A DNA stretch of 64,000 nucleotides from Escherichia coli (GCF_044647545.1 NZ_CP172818.1); one strand, 5' to 3'; counted from the stretch's first letter, positions 28,271 to 38,993 are shown. Notes: generated by a model from the sequence alone, not told the origin. Translations and numbers: made by a program.

Positions 28271-29575
28271 TCAGAAGAACAGTGACGGATCGCCCGCCCG
28301 TTTGGTCAGGCGACCGTTTGCCATAATGCCCATGCTTTCCAGCCAGCGTTCAAACTCCGGTGACGGGCGCAGATTCAGTAACTGACGCACAGTGGCAGTG
28401 TCGTGGAATGCGGTGGTCTGATAGTTGAGCATGATGTCATCACCCAGCGGCATCCCCATGATGTAGTTGCAGCCTGCGGTGGCGAGCAGGATCATCAGGT
28501 TTTCGTTGAGGTTCTGGTCAGCGTCAGCGTGGTTGGTGTAGCAGCAGTCACAGCCCATAGAGATGCCGCTCAGCTTGCCCATAAAGTGATCTTCTAAGCC
28601 CGCGCGGATAATCTGGCGGTCGTTGTAGAGATACTCCGGCCCAATAAAACCGACCACGGTGTTGACGATAAACGGATCGTAATGACGCGCCAGCCCATAG
28701 TTACGCGCTTCCATCGTCACCTGGTCAGCGCCGAAGTTAGCGCCAGCGGACAGCGCCGAACCTTGTCCGGTTTCGAAGTAGAGGCAGTTTTCCCCGGCGA
28801 TACGGTTAAACTCTGCACCCACTGCGCGCGCTTCGTCGAGCATCGCCAGCTCCACGCCAAACTCTTTCAGCCCTTTTTCGCTGCCGCAAATACTCTGGAA
28901 AATCAGCCCGCCCGGTGCGCCGCGACGAATCGCTTCGATCTGGGTGGTGACGTGCGCCAGTACGCAGCCCTGAGTTGGGATGTTGAATTTGTCGATCACG
29001 CCGTAGATGGTGTCCAGCACGCGGCTTAAGTTTTCCACGTCGTCCGTCACCGGGTTGACGCCGATCACCGCATCGCCCACCCCGAAGGAAAGCCCTTCGT
29101 AGATTTGCGCAGCGATACTTTGCACGTCGTCACGGGTGTCATTTGGCTGCAAACGGGCGCTGAAGGTGCCCGGAATACCAATAGTTGTATTGGCCTTTTT
29201 GATTACCGGCATTTTCTTCGCGCCGTAGATCAGGTCCGCGTTAGAACTGATCTTCGCCACCGCCGCGACCACTTCCGAGGTCAACCCTTTGCGAGTAAAG
29301 GCAATGTCGTCAACGCTGGTTTCGTCGCTCAGGACATACTCACGCAGTTCGCTGATGCTCCAGTTTTTAATCTGGTTGTAGGCCGTTTCGTTAACATCGT
29401 CCTGAATCAGCCGCGTCACGCAGTCATCTTCATAGGCAATCACCGGATTATTGCGGATGTCCGCTACGGTCATTTCCGACAACACCTGCTTTGCCGCCAC
29501 GCGCTCCTGTGAGCTTGCCGCAGCAACGCCCGCCAGCACATCCCCCGAACGCAGTTCGTTGGCTTTAGCCAGCAC
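28271..29575 (-). CDS. eutB: ethanolamine ammonia-lyase large subunit EutB; 5' end and start codon unresolved (coordinates are the minimal GTG-initiated ORF)
   Basis: ORF from GTG 29573-29575 gives (V/M)LAKANELRSGDVLAGVAAASSQERVAAKQVL... The same frame continues upstream without a stop and encodes FGNVYQFKDVKE, but there is no in-frame ATG/GTG/TTG before the eutA stop. See findings. Confidence 0.85.
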   Translation of the reverse strand: MLAKANELRSGDVLAGVAAASSQERVAAKQVLSEMTVADIRNNPVIAYEDDCVTRLIQDDVNETAYNQIKNWSISELREYVLSDETSVDDIAFTRKGLTSEVVAAVAKISSNADLIYGAKKMPVIKKANTTIGIPGTFSARLQPNDTRDDVQSIAAQIYEGLSFGVGDAVIGVNPVTDDVENLSRVLDTIYGVIDKFNIPTQGCVLAHVTTQIEAIRRGAPGGLIFQSICGSEKGLKEFGVELAMLDEARAVGAEFNRIAGENCLYFETGQGSALSAGANFGADQVTMEARNYGLARHYDPFIVNTVVGFIGPEYLYNDRQIIRAGLEDHFMGKLSGISMGCDCCYTNHADADQNLNENLMILLATAGCNYIMGMPLGDDIMLNYQTTAFHDTATVRQLLNLRPSPEFERWLESMGIMANGRLTKRAGDPSLFF

Positions 29576-29616
29576 CTCTTTTACATCCTTAAACTGATAT
29601 ACATTGCCGAAAGCCC

Positions 29617-31020
29617 TCAGGAAGGAAATGCGAGTGATTTCACCGTCACCGGCACAACCGATCCGCCAAAAAGAGGCGTACCAATGTCGATATAGTCCCC
29701 CGCGCGGACAATCACTTCGTCAATGACTGCCAACGGGAGTTGTTGTAGCTGTGGGCGCAACAACATGCCCAGAGCTTTACCAAAGTCCTGCCCGGCCACC
29801 ACCAGCAGGGGATGCGGATTCGGAAAACGCGCGACGAAATCGACCAACGCGTTGATGACCGTCAGTACCGCGGCGTAACGCACAGGCAGCGAGGCGGGAA
29901 GCGCCAGCACGTACGCATCAGTTTTGGGATCAAGATCCAGTTGAATCAGCGCCTGTTGCCAGGCACTCACCAGATCCTTTTCATCAATTGGGATCGCCAC
30001 CGGCAAGTTGCGCAGCGGCAGTTGTACGCCCTCCAGCCAGATTGTGCTGCCAGAGAGCGAAAGGGTATGTGCACCCGCGCCAATCACCGTGGCGCGCACG
30101 GTTTGCGCCGGAAACTGCACGTTCATCTCACGCAGGCGCGGATGGTCATGCAGCGCCGTTGCCAGAAGCGGGCCAATATCGGCAAAACAGAACGGGTCGG
30201 CGGGCTGGTGGCGATAACATTCGCCCACGCCGCCAGAAAGCGTAATGATTTCGGGCGTAACACCTGCGGGCAGCAAACCGGTTTGCATTAATGCCTGCGC
30301 GAGCGGCGAAAGCGTTCCGTCAATCACTTCGACAATCAGCTCTGCCATCCGCCGGGTAACCTGCACCAGCTGCGCGCCGGTCAGCGAACGGGCGTCGGTG
30401 CCTGCGCCGAAGCACTCATCCACAATCATCTGCCCCGGTTTATGAGCGTAAACCACGCGCCCCTGGCTGTCGGTTTCCAGCAGGCGACCGCCGACATTGA
30501 GGCAGGCGGTGCCGCTGATTTTTCCGGCATCGAACAGGGCGTAGTTCGCGGTACCACCGCCGATGTCGATATTCAGTACCCGACACAGCCGTTGTTCAGA
30601 AAGGGTTTGCGCCCCGGCACCGTGACCGGCGATCACGGATTCGAGATGCGGTCCAGCGCTGGCGACGACAAAATCGCCCAGCGACCGGGAGAGCGTCATC
30701 ACCGCCGGGCGAGCGTTGCGGTTTTTCGCGCTTTCACCGGTGATGATGATGGCACCAGAATCAACGCTTTCCGGCGCAATGCCCGCAGCCTGATATTGCT
30801 CGAGGATTAAGGTTTTCAGTTCCGCTTCTTTTAAACCACCCTGTTTATCGACAGGGGTAAAGAACACCGGGCTTTGCCAGCTAATTTCGCGTTTGATGAA
30901 TTCGTAGCGCGGCACCTGCGACACCGCCGCACGGTTAACCAGCTCCAGGTGGGAGAAAATCACCTGGGTGGTGGTGGTGCCGATATCGATACCGACGCTC
31001 AGTAGCTGGCGAGTGTTCAC
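29617..31020 (-). CDS. eutA: ethanolamine ammonia-lyase reactivating factor EutA (467 aa)
   Basis: MNTRQLLSVGIDIGTTTTQVIFS...; full length; stop TGA at 29617-29619. Confidence 0.93.
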   Translation of the reverse strand: MNTRQLLSVGIDIGTTTTQVIFSHLELVNRAAVSQVPRYEFIKREISWQSPVFFTPVDKQGGLKEAELKTLILEQYQAAGIAPESVDSGAIIITGESAKNRNARPAVMTLSRSLGDFVVASAGPHLESVIAGHGAGAQTLSEQRLCRVLNIDIGGGTANYALFDAGKISGTACLNVGGRLLETDSQGRVVYAHKPGQMIVDECFGAGTDARSLTGAQLVQVTRRMAELIVEVIDGTLSPLAQALMQTGLLPAGVTPEIITLSGGVGECYRHQPADPFCFADIGPLLATALHDHPRLREMNVQFPAQTVRATVIGAGAHTLSLSGSTIWLEGVQLPLRNLPVAIPIDEKDLVSAWQQALIQLDLDPKTDAYVLALPASLPVRYAAVLTVINALVDFVARFPNPHPLLVVAGQDFGKALGMLLRPQLQQLPLAVIDEVIVRAGDYIDIGTPLFGGSVVPVTVKSLAFPS

Positions 31021-32243
31021 GATTGCGCCTCCGCTTCGGTTTTAGCCGCGCTCGCGTCTTCTTTAGGTACCAGCATCATCGCCACGCCAATCGCCGTTAC
31101 GCCGCCGATCAACTTGCCGACAATCATCGGGAAGATCATGGCGTTCATGTTGGCAGCGGCGAAGCCTAAGTGGTCGCCCAGGGCGAAAGCAGCGGAAACG
31201 GCGAAGGCACAGTTGATGACTTTGCCGCGGGTATCCATCTGCTTCATCATGCCAAACATCGGGATGTTGTTGGCAAGCGTTGCCACCATGCCGGCTGCCG
31301 CGATGTTGTTCATATTCAGCACCTTACCGACGCTCATCAGCGGTTTTTCAAACCAGCGAGTCAGCAGCAGCACCATCGGATACGCCCCCAGCAGCACGCA
31401 GGAGATAGAACCGATAACTTCAATGGCGCGCATCACTTCACCGGGTTTGTCGCCTGGAGCCATGAAGATCGGATCCAGACCGGGGATCAGTTCCCAACCG
31501 AGCAGGAATTTCACTACCGCAGCGGCAAGACCGAGGGTGATCAATGCAACGAGGAATTTGGCGAAGATCTGGAAGCCGTTGATCATTTTTTCCGGGATGA
31601 ATTTCAGCCCCAGCGCCACCAGCACCGCAACGATAAGTACCGGGATCATGTTCATCAGGATCAGCGCAAAGGTGAATTCCACCGGCTGACCGTTGATCTG
31701 CACACCGGAGTACATAGCAACCAGACCACCAGCAATACAGCCAATCGGAATGGTCACAATGCCCGCCAGCACGCCGAGCGCCAGATAACGACGGTCAGAA
31801 GGTTCGATAATGCCGAGCGCCACCGGAATGGAAAACACAATCGTTGGCCCCATCATCGACCCGAGAATTAACCCAGAGTATAGCCACGCTGCTACGTCGC
31901 CGCCCGCCAGCTCTTTGGCGAGGAAGAAGCCGCCCATATCGCACGCCAGCAGTGTTCCGGCGAACATTGACGGGTTTGCGCCGAGCATTTCGTAAACCGG
32001 GATAATCACCGGTCCGAGTACGTGGGCCAGAACAGGTGCCAGCGCGGTCATACCAACCATCGCCAGGCCCAGTGCGCCCATCGCCATAAAGCCTTCTTCA
32101 AACTGCCCGCCGGATCCTTCGATACTTTTACCGAACTTACCGAGGAAACGAGCAGAACCGCCGAACTGCGACAGGATCCTGTCTACGGCAGCTATCAGCA
32201 TAAAGAACATCATGATGTACATGATGATTTCGTTAATTCCCAT
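31017..32243 (-). CDS. eutH: ethanolamine permease EutH (408 aa)
   Basis: Polytopic membrane protein MGINEIIMYIMMFFMLIAAVDRIL...; overlaps eutA by 4 nt. Confidence 0.93.
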   Translation of the reverse strand: MGINEIIMYIMMFFMLIAAVDRILSQFGGSARFLGKFGKSIEGSGGQFEEGFMAMGALGLAMVGMTALAPVLAHVLGPVIIPVYEMLGANPSMFAGTLLACDMGGFFLAKELAGGDVAAWLYSGLILGSMMGPTIVFSIPVALGIIEPSDRRYLALGVLAGIVTIPIGCIAGGLVAMYSGVQINGQPVEFTFALILMNMIPVLIVAVLVALGLKFIPEKMINGFQIFAKFLVALITLGLAAAVVKFLLGWELIPGLDPIFMAPGDKPGEVMRAIEVIGSISCVLLGAYPMVLLLTRWFEKPLMSVGKVLNMNNIAAAGMVATLANNIPMFGMMKQMDTRGKVINCAFAVSAAFALGDHLGFAAANMNAMIFPMIVGKLIGGVTAIGVAMMLVPKEDASAAKTEAEAQS

Positions 32244-32313
32244 CGCCTTTACTCCCTGTTAGTTGTTATTTATCCGGCCAACACACCCACGCGGCAAGCG
32301 TCGCATCCGGCAT

Positions 32314-33501
32314 TTATTGCGCCGCTGCGTACAGGCCGACAATCTGCTCCAGGCTGGCGGTACGCGGGTTGCTGCGCAGACAAATATCTTCCAGCGCGGC
32401 CTGCGCCCATGCGCCGTAATGCGCAGATGTCGCACCAACATCGCCCAGTCGTTTACCAATCCCAACTTCAGCAATCAGCTCACTTACCGCGTTAATAGCG
32501 TCACGATCGTCGGATTTTTTAGTTCGCAGCGCCCGACCAATCTGACTAAACCGATCACGACAAACCATCCGGTTAAATTCCATCACCGTTGGCAACAACA
32601 TGGCGTTCGCCAGACCGTGCGGAATATGCAGCGCCGCCCCTGGCTGATGCGCCATCGCGTGGCATAACCCAAGCCCGGCGCTGGAAAACGCCATTCCCGC
32701 CATACATGAAGCCAGCAACATGCTCTCGCGCGCGGCAAGGTCATGGCCGTAGCCCACCGCTTTCGGCAGTGATTTGCCAATCATCGCAATGGCACCAATC
32801 GCCAGGCTGTCGGTAAACGGTGTAGCGTTCAGCGCGCTGTACGCTTCAATGGCATGGGTTAACGCATCAATGCCAGTCATCGCCGTGACATGCGACGGCA
32901 CGCCTTCGGTCAACGCGGCGTCGAGAATCGCCACATCCGGCATCAGCGAGGCATGGGCTAACACCTGCTTGCGCCCGCTCACCGCGTCGATAATCACCGT
33001 TACGTTGGTGGTTTCAGAGCCGGTTCCGGCGGTCGTTGGAATGGCAATCAACGGCAGGCGCGGTTGCAGAACGCTGGTTTCTGACATTTCTGCCAGCGTG
33101 CTATCGGGGTTCGTCACCAGCAACGCCACGGCTTTCGCCGCATCCAGCACCGAGCCGCCGCCAAACGCGATCACCCCGTCACAACCTGATTCACGCAACT
33201 GCGCCACGGCTGCACACACGTCGGTGATGCATGGTTCGCCCACCGGACATGGCCAGAGCGTCATGGCGATACCTTTAACGGCCAGGCTACGCGTCAGCCC
33301 GGCGGTCATCCCTGCCTGATGCAAAAAGCTGTCTGCCATCACGAACAGATGTTTCAACCCACGCGTTTGCGCTTGCTGCCCACAACTGCTCACCGCGCCC
33401 GGACCGCAAAGCGTCACCGGTGGAACGCTAAATGTTTTTACCCGTTGCAGATTCAGGGTATCGAACGCCTGAAAGAGCGCGGTCTGCAATTCATTTTGCA
33501 T
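32314..33501 (-). CDS. eutG: iron-containing alcohol dehydrogenase EutG (395 aa)
   Basis: MQNELQTALFQAFDTLNLQRVKTFSVPPVTLCGPGAVSSCGQQAQTRGLKHLFV... Confidence 0.93.
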   Translation of the reverse strand: MQNELQTALFQAFDTLNLQRVKTFSVPPVTLCGPGAVSSCGQQAQTRGLKHLFVMADSFLHQAGMTAGLTRSLAVKGIAMTLWPCPVGEPCITDVCAAVAQLRESGCDGVIAFGGGSVLDAAKAVALLVTNPDSTLAEMSETSVLQPRLPLIAIPTTAGTGSETTNVTVIIDAVSGRKQVLAHASLMPDVAILDAALTEGVPSHVTAMTGIDALTHAIEAYSALNATPFTDSLAIGAIAMIGKSLPKAVGYGHDLAARESMLLASCMAGMAFSSAGLGLCHAMAHQPGAALHIPHGLANAMLLPTVMEFNRMVCRDRFSQIGRALRTKKSDDRDAINAVSELIAEVGIGKRLGDVGATSAHYGAWAQAALEDICLRSNPRTASLEQIVGLYAAAQ

Positions 33502-34327
33502 ATAGCCCCTCCGCTTTCTCTCGCCCGCTACTGGCGATCGCCAGCGGGGTCATAAACAAACTGTGCTGCGGTAAATGCACCTGTAACGCCGGGAATTGTT
33601 TGCGAAACAGTTCCGCCACGCCCGGTTGCATACAAGAGCCGCCCGCCAGCCATAAATCAGTAATGCCCTGCCCTTCAATATGCCGGGCGACAATGTCCGC
33701 CATTTTTTCGTACACTGGTTTCACCGCGGGCCAAATCTCTTCACCGTGACCGCGCTTGTACTGCTCTGCCTCTTCCAGCGAAATACGACGATTTCCGGCG
33801 AGAGTCAGAGAGATGTGATGTCCGCCGGTCGCTTCATCCGCCGAGTACGTCACCTTGCCCTTTTTCACGATGGCAATACCAGTAGTGCCACCGCCGATAT
33901 CCACTACACCAGCGTTGTCCAGTTGCAGCAGATCCGCGACTGCGGTTGGCTCATCCAGTACATGGCTCACTTCCAGTCCGGCAGATTCCAGCACGTTGAT
34001 GGAAATACGCGGGTCCGTACCAGGAGGAAATGAGGTCGCCGCATGGCTAAAACGGCGACCGAATTGCTGCTCAAGGGTGTCGAGATGGCGACGAACAATG
34101 GTGACCGCACCGAAGAAATCCCAGACGATGCCGTCGCGGACCACATCGGCCCAGTCGAGGCATACCGCCACCGGCAGACCGTCGCGGTCGACAACCATCG
34201 ACACCACATCGCAAGTGCCCAGATCCACCCCCAGCCACAGCGGAGATTCCGTCGCGGCGGGCGTCTGGTTACACAGCGTTGCCGCCGTTTGCAGACGTGG
34301 GGTGAGCCATTGTTCATCGTGCGCCAT
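33491..34327 (-). CDS. eutJ: Hsp70-like chaperone EutJ (278 aa)
   Basis: MAHDEQWLTPRLQTAATLCNQ...LWLGVDLGTCDVVSMVVD (actin/Hsp70 ATPase fold); overlaps eutG. Confidence 0.92.
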   Translation of the reverse strand: MAHDEQWLTPRLQTAATLCNQTPAATESPLWLGVDLGTCDVVSMVVDRDGLPVAVCLDWADVVRDGIVWDFFGAVTIVRRHLDTLEQQFGRRFSHAATSFPPGTDPRISINVLESAGLEVSHVLDEPTAVADLLQLDNAGVVDIGGGTTGIAIVKKGKVTYSADEATGGHHISLTLAGNRRISLEEAEQYKRGHGEEIWPAVKPVYEKMADIVARHIEGQGITDLWLAGGSCMQPGVAELFRKQFPALQVHLPQHSLFMTPLAIASSGREKAEGLYAK

Positions 34328-34337
34328 CGGTTACTCC

Positions 34338-35741
34338 TTAAACAATGCGAAACGCATCGACTAATACACAGCGACGCAGACGGACAAACGTCCGCGCGCT
34401 GGTTACCCCTTCACCGGTTGGCGTGGTGATGGTCATCGTGGTCCAGCCTTCCCCGCCCAGCCCCAGCCCGGCAATGCACGGTCCGTTCTTAACGAAAATG
34501 CTGGTATCAATGGCATTCGCCATCTGGTTCATGTTCTCGATATTGCGCGAGTGCATTGCCGCCGTGTGGTGGCAACCGCCTTCCAGTTTCACCGCCAGCG
34601 CAATGGCATCCGCCACGTTGGCGACGCGCACGACGGGCAGCACCGGCATCATCAGTTCAGTCACAGCAAACGGATGTTCTGCGGTGGTTTCTACAAACAG
34701 CAGTCGCGTTTGTTCCGGAACTTTAAGGCCGATTGCCGCCGCGATTTTCGCCGCATCGCGACCAACCCAGTCACGGCTGACGATGCTTTTTCCGCGCTCG
34801 TCGATATTTTTCAGCAACACCGGTTGCAGCTGCTGCGCCTGCTCTGCGGTCAGTTTCACCGCGTGCTGGCCTTCCATCAGACGCATCAGTTCATCGGCTA
34901 CGCTATCCACAACAATCAGTACCTTTTCGTCGGCACAAATGATGTTGTTATCGAAAGACGCGCCTTTGACGATGGACTGAGCAGCACGGGCGAGGTCGGC
35001 GGTTTCATCCACCACTACCGGCGGGTTGCCAGCGCCTGCGGCAATCAGACGTTTATTGGTGTGTTTACGCGCCGCTTCTACTACCGCTTCGCCGCCGGTC
35101 ACCACCAGCAGGCCGATGCCCGGAAACTTGAACAAACGTTGAGCGGTTTCAATATCCGGATTTGCCACAGTAACCAGTAAGTTTTCCGGCCCGCCTGCGG
35201 CAACAATCGCCTGGTTGAGCAGCGTGATCGCCCGCTGGGAGACTTTTTTCGCCGCCGGATGCGGGGCAAAAATGACGCTGTTGCCCGCGGCAATCAGGCT
35301 GATGGCGTTATTAATGACGGTTGCCGCCGGGTTGGTGGACGGAGTTACCGAAGCCACCACGCCCCAGGGCGCGTTTTCAATTAAAGTCAGGCCGTTGTCG
35401 CCAGTCAGCACTTGCGGAGAGAGGCACTCAACGCCTGGTGTGCCGCGCGCCTGAGCGACGTTTTTGGCAAATTTATCTTCAACGCGCCCCATGCCGGTTT
35501 CACTGACGGCAAGTTCCGCTAAATCTCTGGCGTGTTTTTCGCCTGCTTCACGAATGGCAGCAATGGCTAACTGGCGCATTGCCACGCTTTTTAACCCTTG
35601 CTGGGCGACTTTGGCTGCCGCAACGGCGTCATCCAGGGACGCGAAAACGCCCATCTCATGAACGGCGGCGGGCGGCGTGTCACTGCTTTGCATTTTCAGC
35701 AGTACCGCTTTCACCACCTGTTCAATATCCTGTTGATTCAT
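34338..35741 (-). CDS. eutE: CoA-acylating acetaldehyde dehydrogenase EutE (467 aa)
   Basis: MNQQDIEQVVKAVLLKMQSS...; aldehyde dehydrogenase fold. Confidence 0.95.
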   Translation of the reverse strand: MNQQDIEQVVKAVLLKMQSSDTPPAAVHEMGVFASLDDAVAAAKVAQQGLKSVAMRQLAIAAIREAGEKHARDLAELAVSETGMGRVEDKFAKNVAQARGTPGVECLSPQVLTGDNGLTLIENAPWGVVASVTPSTNPAATVINNAISLIAAGNSVIFAPHPAAKKVSQRAITLLNQAIVAAGGPENLLVTVANPDIETAQRLFKFPGIGLLVVTGGEAVVEAARKHTNKRLIAAGAGNPPVVVDETADLARAAQSIVKGASFDNNIICADEKVLIVVDSVADELMRLMEGQHAVKLTAEQAQQLQPVLLKNIDERGKSIVSRDWVGRDAAKIAAAIGLKVPEQTRLLFVETTAEHPFAVTELMMPVLPVVRVANVADAIALAVKLEGGCHHTAAMHSRNIENMNQMANAIDTSIFVKNGPCIAGLGLGGEGWTTMTITTPTGEGVTSARTFVRLRRCVLVDAFRIV

Positions 35742-35752
35742 GATGTTCTGCC

Positions 35753-36040
35753 TTATTTGTGGAAAATGACCTGACCGCCAGACACCACCTCATCGACAAT
35801 GCCAATCACGCACAGATCGACCGGTGACGTTTCGCTTTTATGCGCCTGGCGGGCGGAACTGCCACTCACCAGTAACACCCACTCCCCGGTTCCCGCGCCA
35901 ATATTGTCGATGGCGACGGCGCATTGCCCGTCAGGATTACCTTGTGGATCAATCATTTCCACCATCAGCAATTTGTCATGCGCCAGTCCGTGATGGCGTA
36001 CGGTACAAACAATTTGTCCAGTGACGACTGCCAGTTTCAT
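35753..36040 (-). CDS. eutN: microcompartment vertex protein EutN (95 aa)
   Basis: MKLAVVTGQIVCTVRHHGLAHDKLLMVEMIDPQGNPDGQCAVAIDNIGAGTGEWVLLVSGSSARQ... Confidence 0.9.
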   Translation of the reverse strand: MKLAVVTGQIVCTVRHHGLAHDKLLMVEMIDPQGNPDGQCAVAIDNIGAGTGEWVLLVSGSSARQAHKSETSPVDLCVIGIVDEVVSGGQVIFHK

Positions 36041-36146
36041 ACCCGCCTCCGTGGCGTATTTCAGGTAAAAGCTCCCCCTACCCTCCGCAGAAGGTAAAAT
36101 GAAAAAGGAGAGAGCGTGACGCCCGAATCGACGTCACACAGGGTGA

Positions 36147-36440
36147 TTACAGGTTGCTGCTATCGCCTTTCAGGCCGATCGGGAAGACTTCTTCCAGGTC
36201 GCCGTGCGGACGCGGGATAACGTGTACAGATACCAGCTCGCCGATACGCTGTGCCGCTGCAGCACCTGCGTCGGTCGCGGCTTTACAGGCTGCAACATCA
36301 CCACGAACCATGGCAGTACACAGGCCGCCGCCAATCTGCTTAACACCAACCAGCTTGACGCGCGCAGCTTTCACCATCGCGTCAGAAGCCTCAATCAGTG
36401 CAACCAGGCCCCGGGTTTCGATCATTCCTAATGCTTCCAT
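36147..36440 (-). CDS. eutM: microcompartment major shell protein EutM (97 aa)
   Basis: ORF track 36147..36482; start taken at [40 protein letters not shown] (BMC domain); ATG at 36438-36440. Confidence 0.93.
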   Translation of the reverse strand: MEALGMIETRGLVALIEASDAMVKAARVKLVGVKQIGGGLCTAMVRGDVAACKAATDAGAAAAQRIGELVSVHVIPRPHGDLEEVFPIGLKGDSSNL

Positions 36441-36478
36441 TGTGCTTTCCTCTTTATCAGGGTCCAGAACGGGACCGT

Positions 36479-37495
36479 TCATTCAACCAGTGTTTGTAAA
36501 CTGCTTTCGCGGTTCACTTCTGTCTGACGCGGCACAGCTGCCACCAGCGCCAGTTCGATAATTTCCTGCACGCTACAACCACGAGAGAGATCGTGCATCG
36601 GCGCGGCAAGTCCTTGTATCAATGGCCCGACGGCACGATATCCGCCAAGTCGTTGTGCGATTTTGTAGCCAATATTTCCTGCCTCCAGCGACGGAAAAAC
36701 CATCACATTGGCTTTGCCCTGTAACGGGCTGGCTGGCGCTTTTTGCGCCGCCACTTCCGGCACGAAGGCGGCGTCAAACTGCAACTCGCCATCGACAACC
36801 AGCTTTGGTGCGCACTCACGGACGATTTCTGTCGCCTGCTGGACGTTGGCAACGCAGGGGTGACGGGCACTACCGTTGCTGGAAAACGACAGCATCGCCA
36901 CGCGCGGTTCTTCTCCGGTGATGGCGCGCCAGGTTTCGGCGCTGGCAAGCGCGATATCCGCCAGTTGTGCCGCCGTCGGCTGCGGCACCACGCTGCAATC
37001 GGCAAAGCCCAACGCCGGACCGCTGTACTGTGGCAGCATCAGGAAAATGGATGAGAGCGTTTTACAGCCTGGCTGCAAGCCGATAATGCGTAATCCGGCA
37101 CGCAGCACATTCGCCGTGGAAGAGAGGTTGCCCGCGATACAGACATCCGCTTTGCCGGCGCTGACCATTGCGGCGGCGAACATCAGCGGATCGGTAAGTT
37201 TTTCCAGCGCATCCGGCGGCGTTTTTTCGCCCGCGCGGGCCAGCCAGCGATGAGCAAATTCTTCCCGCATTGCGAGGTTGCCATGCGGATCAATCACCTG
37301 TAGCCCGTCCATCGCCACGCCATGACTGAGCGCAAACTGACGAAGTTCAAACGGATTGGCGACCAGAATGGGCGTTGCCAGACCTTGTTGATGTAAATAT
37401 TGCGCAGCTTTCAGCACACGTTGATCTAACGCATCCGGAAAAACTACTCTGGCGGGCGCTCGCAACGCCAGTTCACGACAACGTTTAATAATCAT
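36479..37495 (-). CDS. eutD: phosphotransacetylase EutD (338 aa)
   Basis: [48 protein letters not shown]... Confidence 0.93.
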   Translation of the reverse strand: MIIKRCRELALRAPARVVFPDALDQRVLKAAQYLHQQGLATPILVANPFELRQFALSHGVAMDGLQVIDPHGNLAMREEFAHRWLARAGEKTPPDALEKLTDPLMFAAAMVSAGKADVCIAGNLSSTANVLRAGLRIIGLQPGCKTLSSIFLMLPQYSGPALGFADCSVVPQPTAAQLADIALASAETWRAITGEEPRVAMLSFSSNGSARHPCVANVQQATEIVRECAPKLVVDGELQFDAAFVPEVAAQKAPASPLQGKANVMVFPSLEAGNIGYKIAQRLGGYRAVGPLIQGLAAPMHDLSRGCSVQEIIELALVAAVPRQTEVNRESSLQTLVE

Positions 37496-38295
37496 TGCGT
37501 TTCCCCCAGTCGTTGTTGGATCTGCTTCACCGTTAGCGGTTGTTTCGCTACGCTCAGGATCATCATCACGTAGACCGTGCTCGAAAGGCGGTTCAGCGCC
37601 TGCAAAATGTCCGGGCGTAATACTTCAAAGCTGCGGGTGATAAAGACCTGCGCCGCTACGGTTTCGGTTTCCCGCACTTTGGTGCGTAGCAGATTTAGCA
37701 ACGCCGCATCGCGCCCGTGGCTGGCTTCCGGCACCAGATGATCGTGGTCGAGATAACGCAGCGGCTGGTGAGAAAGCCGATGCAGATCTTCGTCAGAAAG
37801 CCCGACAATCGCCTGGCAGGCCAGCGGTTCCCCCAGCGCATCGGCACGCATAATGTTGCCAAGACGCGAACGGATATCCGCCAGCCACGGCTGCCACGGT
37901 TCCGCCAGTTCAATTTGCAGCCACACTGCCAGCGCAATGGTGCTGTCGAGAACCGCGCGAAAAGCCAGGCGCGGATCGCTTTTGGCAACCATTTTTTCCG
38001 CCGACAGGTGAGTCAGCGTATCCGGCTTTTTTGCCACCGGCTGGCGGCACAGTTCGCAGCACGCCTGCGGATGTTCATCGCTACTGGTAAGCCCGTGAAC
38101 GGGCTGCGGCTGCTGCTGTTCATCGTCAACAAACAGGCGGCCCTGCTCGTCAATAAACTTGATGCGCAGATGGCGGCTTTCCAGTAACTCCCGGGCAGAG
38201 GGCGTCAGGCGACTGTCCGCAGGGAGATGGATCTCTGCGCCTTCGCTGAGCGTATGGTTCGCTCTTAGCCATGCTTCGGTGATGAAATCTTTCAT
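37492..38295 (-). CDS. eutT: corrinoid adenosyltransferase EutT (267 aa)
   Basis: [52 protein letters not shown]...; overlaps eutD and eutQ by 4 nt each. Confidence 0.9.
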   Translation of the reverse strand: MKDFITEAWLRANHTLSEGAEIHLPADSRLTPSARELLESRHLRIKFIDEQGRLFVDDEQQQPQPVHGLTSSDEHPQACCELCRQPVAKKPDTLTHLSAEKMVAKSDPRLAFRAVLDSTIALAVWLQIELAEPWQPWLADIRSRLGNIMRADALGEPLACQAIVGLSDEDLHRLSHQPLRYLDHDHLVPEASHGRDAALLNLLRTKVRETETVAAQVFITRSFEVLRPDILQALNRLSSTVYVMMILSVAKQPLTVKQIQQRLGETQ

Positions 38296-38993
38296 AGGGA
38301 TTGCCAGTTAGCCGGCCAGGCGACATACAGGAATTTCACGCTGGATGTCGTACCAAATTCGATACTGGAGCCTTTCGGGATAAACATCACATCGCCCGCT
38401 TTGGCGATCATAGTTTCGCCTTCGTGGCGAACATGCAGCTCCCCTTCCAGCACCATGTCGATTTCGTCGTAGTTCAGGGTCCACGGAAAGAAGGCGTTCT
38501 CCCACTGCATAAAACCAGCGGCCATACTGCTGCCGTCGTCTCCGGTCACGAGATCAGTCAAGCCTACGCAGTGCGGTTCCGCGCCATCGAAACGACCAAA
38601 CTTGACGCTGCTGCCATCAATCACTTTGATGCCGCCTTTGCCGGTCACCGATTTGAAACTCGGCTGCATTGCACCCTGCTCCAGTGACTGTTTTTCCTTC
38701 ATCACTTTTTCCATCAGCTGCGCGACCAGGCTTTCGGTAAACTGGCCTTCCGGTAGCTGGGCGATGATGGTTTCGCGGATGCGCTGGCTTTCGGTTTTAT
38801 CGGCTGGCACGCTGGCGGGAACGGACGTCGTTACCGCAGTCGATTCATCACATTCGGTGATGGTAAAACCCAACAGATCAGCCACTTCACGAGCTTCCGG
38901 GGTAATAATGCTGGCGCGCAGAACCACGGACATTGCCAGTTCGCCGCGCGCGTGTGCTTCACGAATATCATTCGCTGTGATGAGTTTTTTCAC
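38292..38993 (-). CDS. eutQ: cupin-fold protein EutQ (233 aa)
   Basis: MKKLITANDIREAHARGELAMSVVLRASIITPEAREVADLLGF... Confidence 0.9.
   Translation of the reverse strand: MKKLITANDIREAHARGELAMSVVLRASIITPEAREVADLLGFTITECDESTAVTTSVPASVPADKTESQRIRETIIAQLPEGQFTESLVAQLMEKVMKEKQSLEQGAMQPSFKSVTGKGGIKVIDGSSVKFGRFDGAEPHCVGLTDLVTGDDGSSMAAGFMQWENAFFPWTLNYDEIDMVLEGELHVRHEGETMIAKAGDVMFIPKGSSIEFGTTSSVKFLYVAWPANWQSL

Noticed and set aside
36041-36146. 106-bp gap between eutN and eutM inside the otherwise tightly packed eut operon, with a short hairpin (gtgacg...cgtcac)
   Set aside because: The spacer is of a size commonly seen inside long operons, has no promoter-like -35/-10 pair that I could defend, and the hairpin stem is only 6 bp. 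There is not enough evidence for an internal regulatory element.
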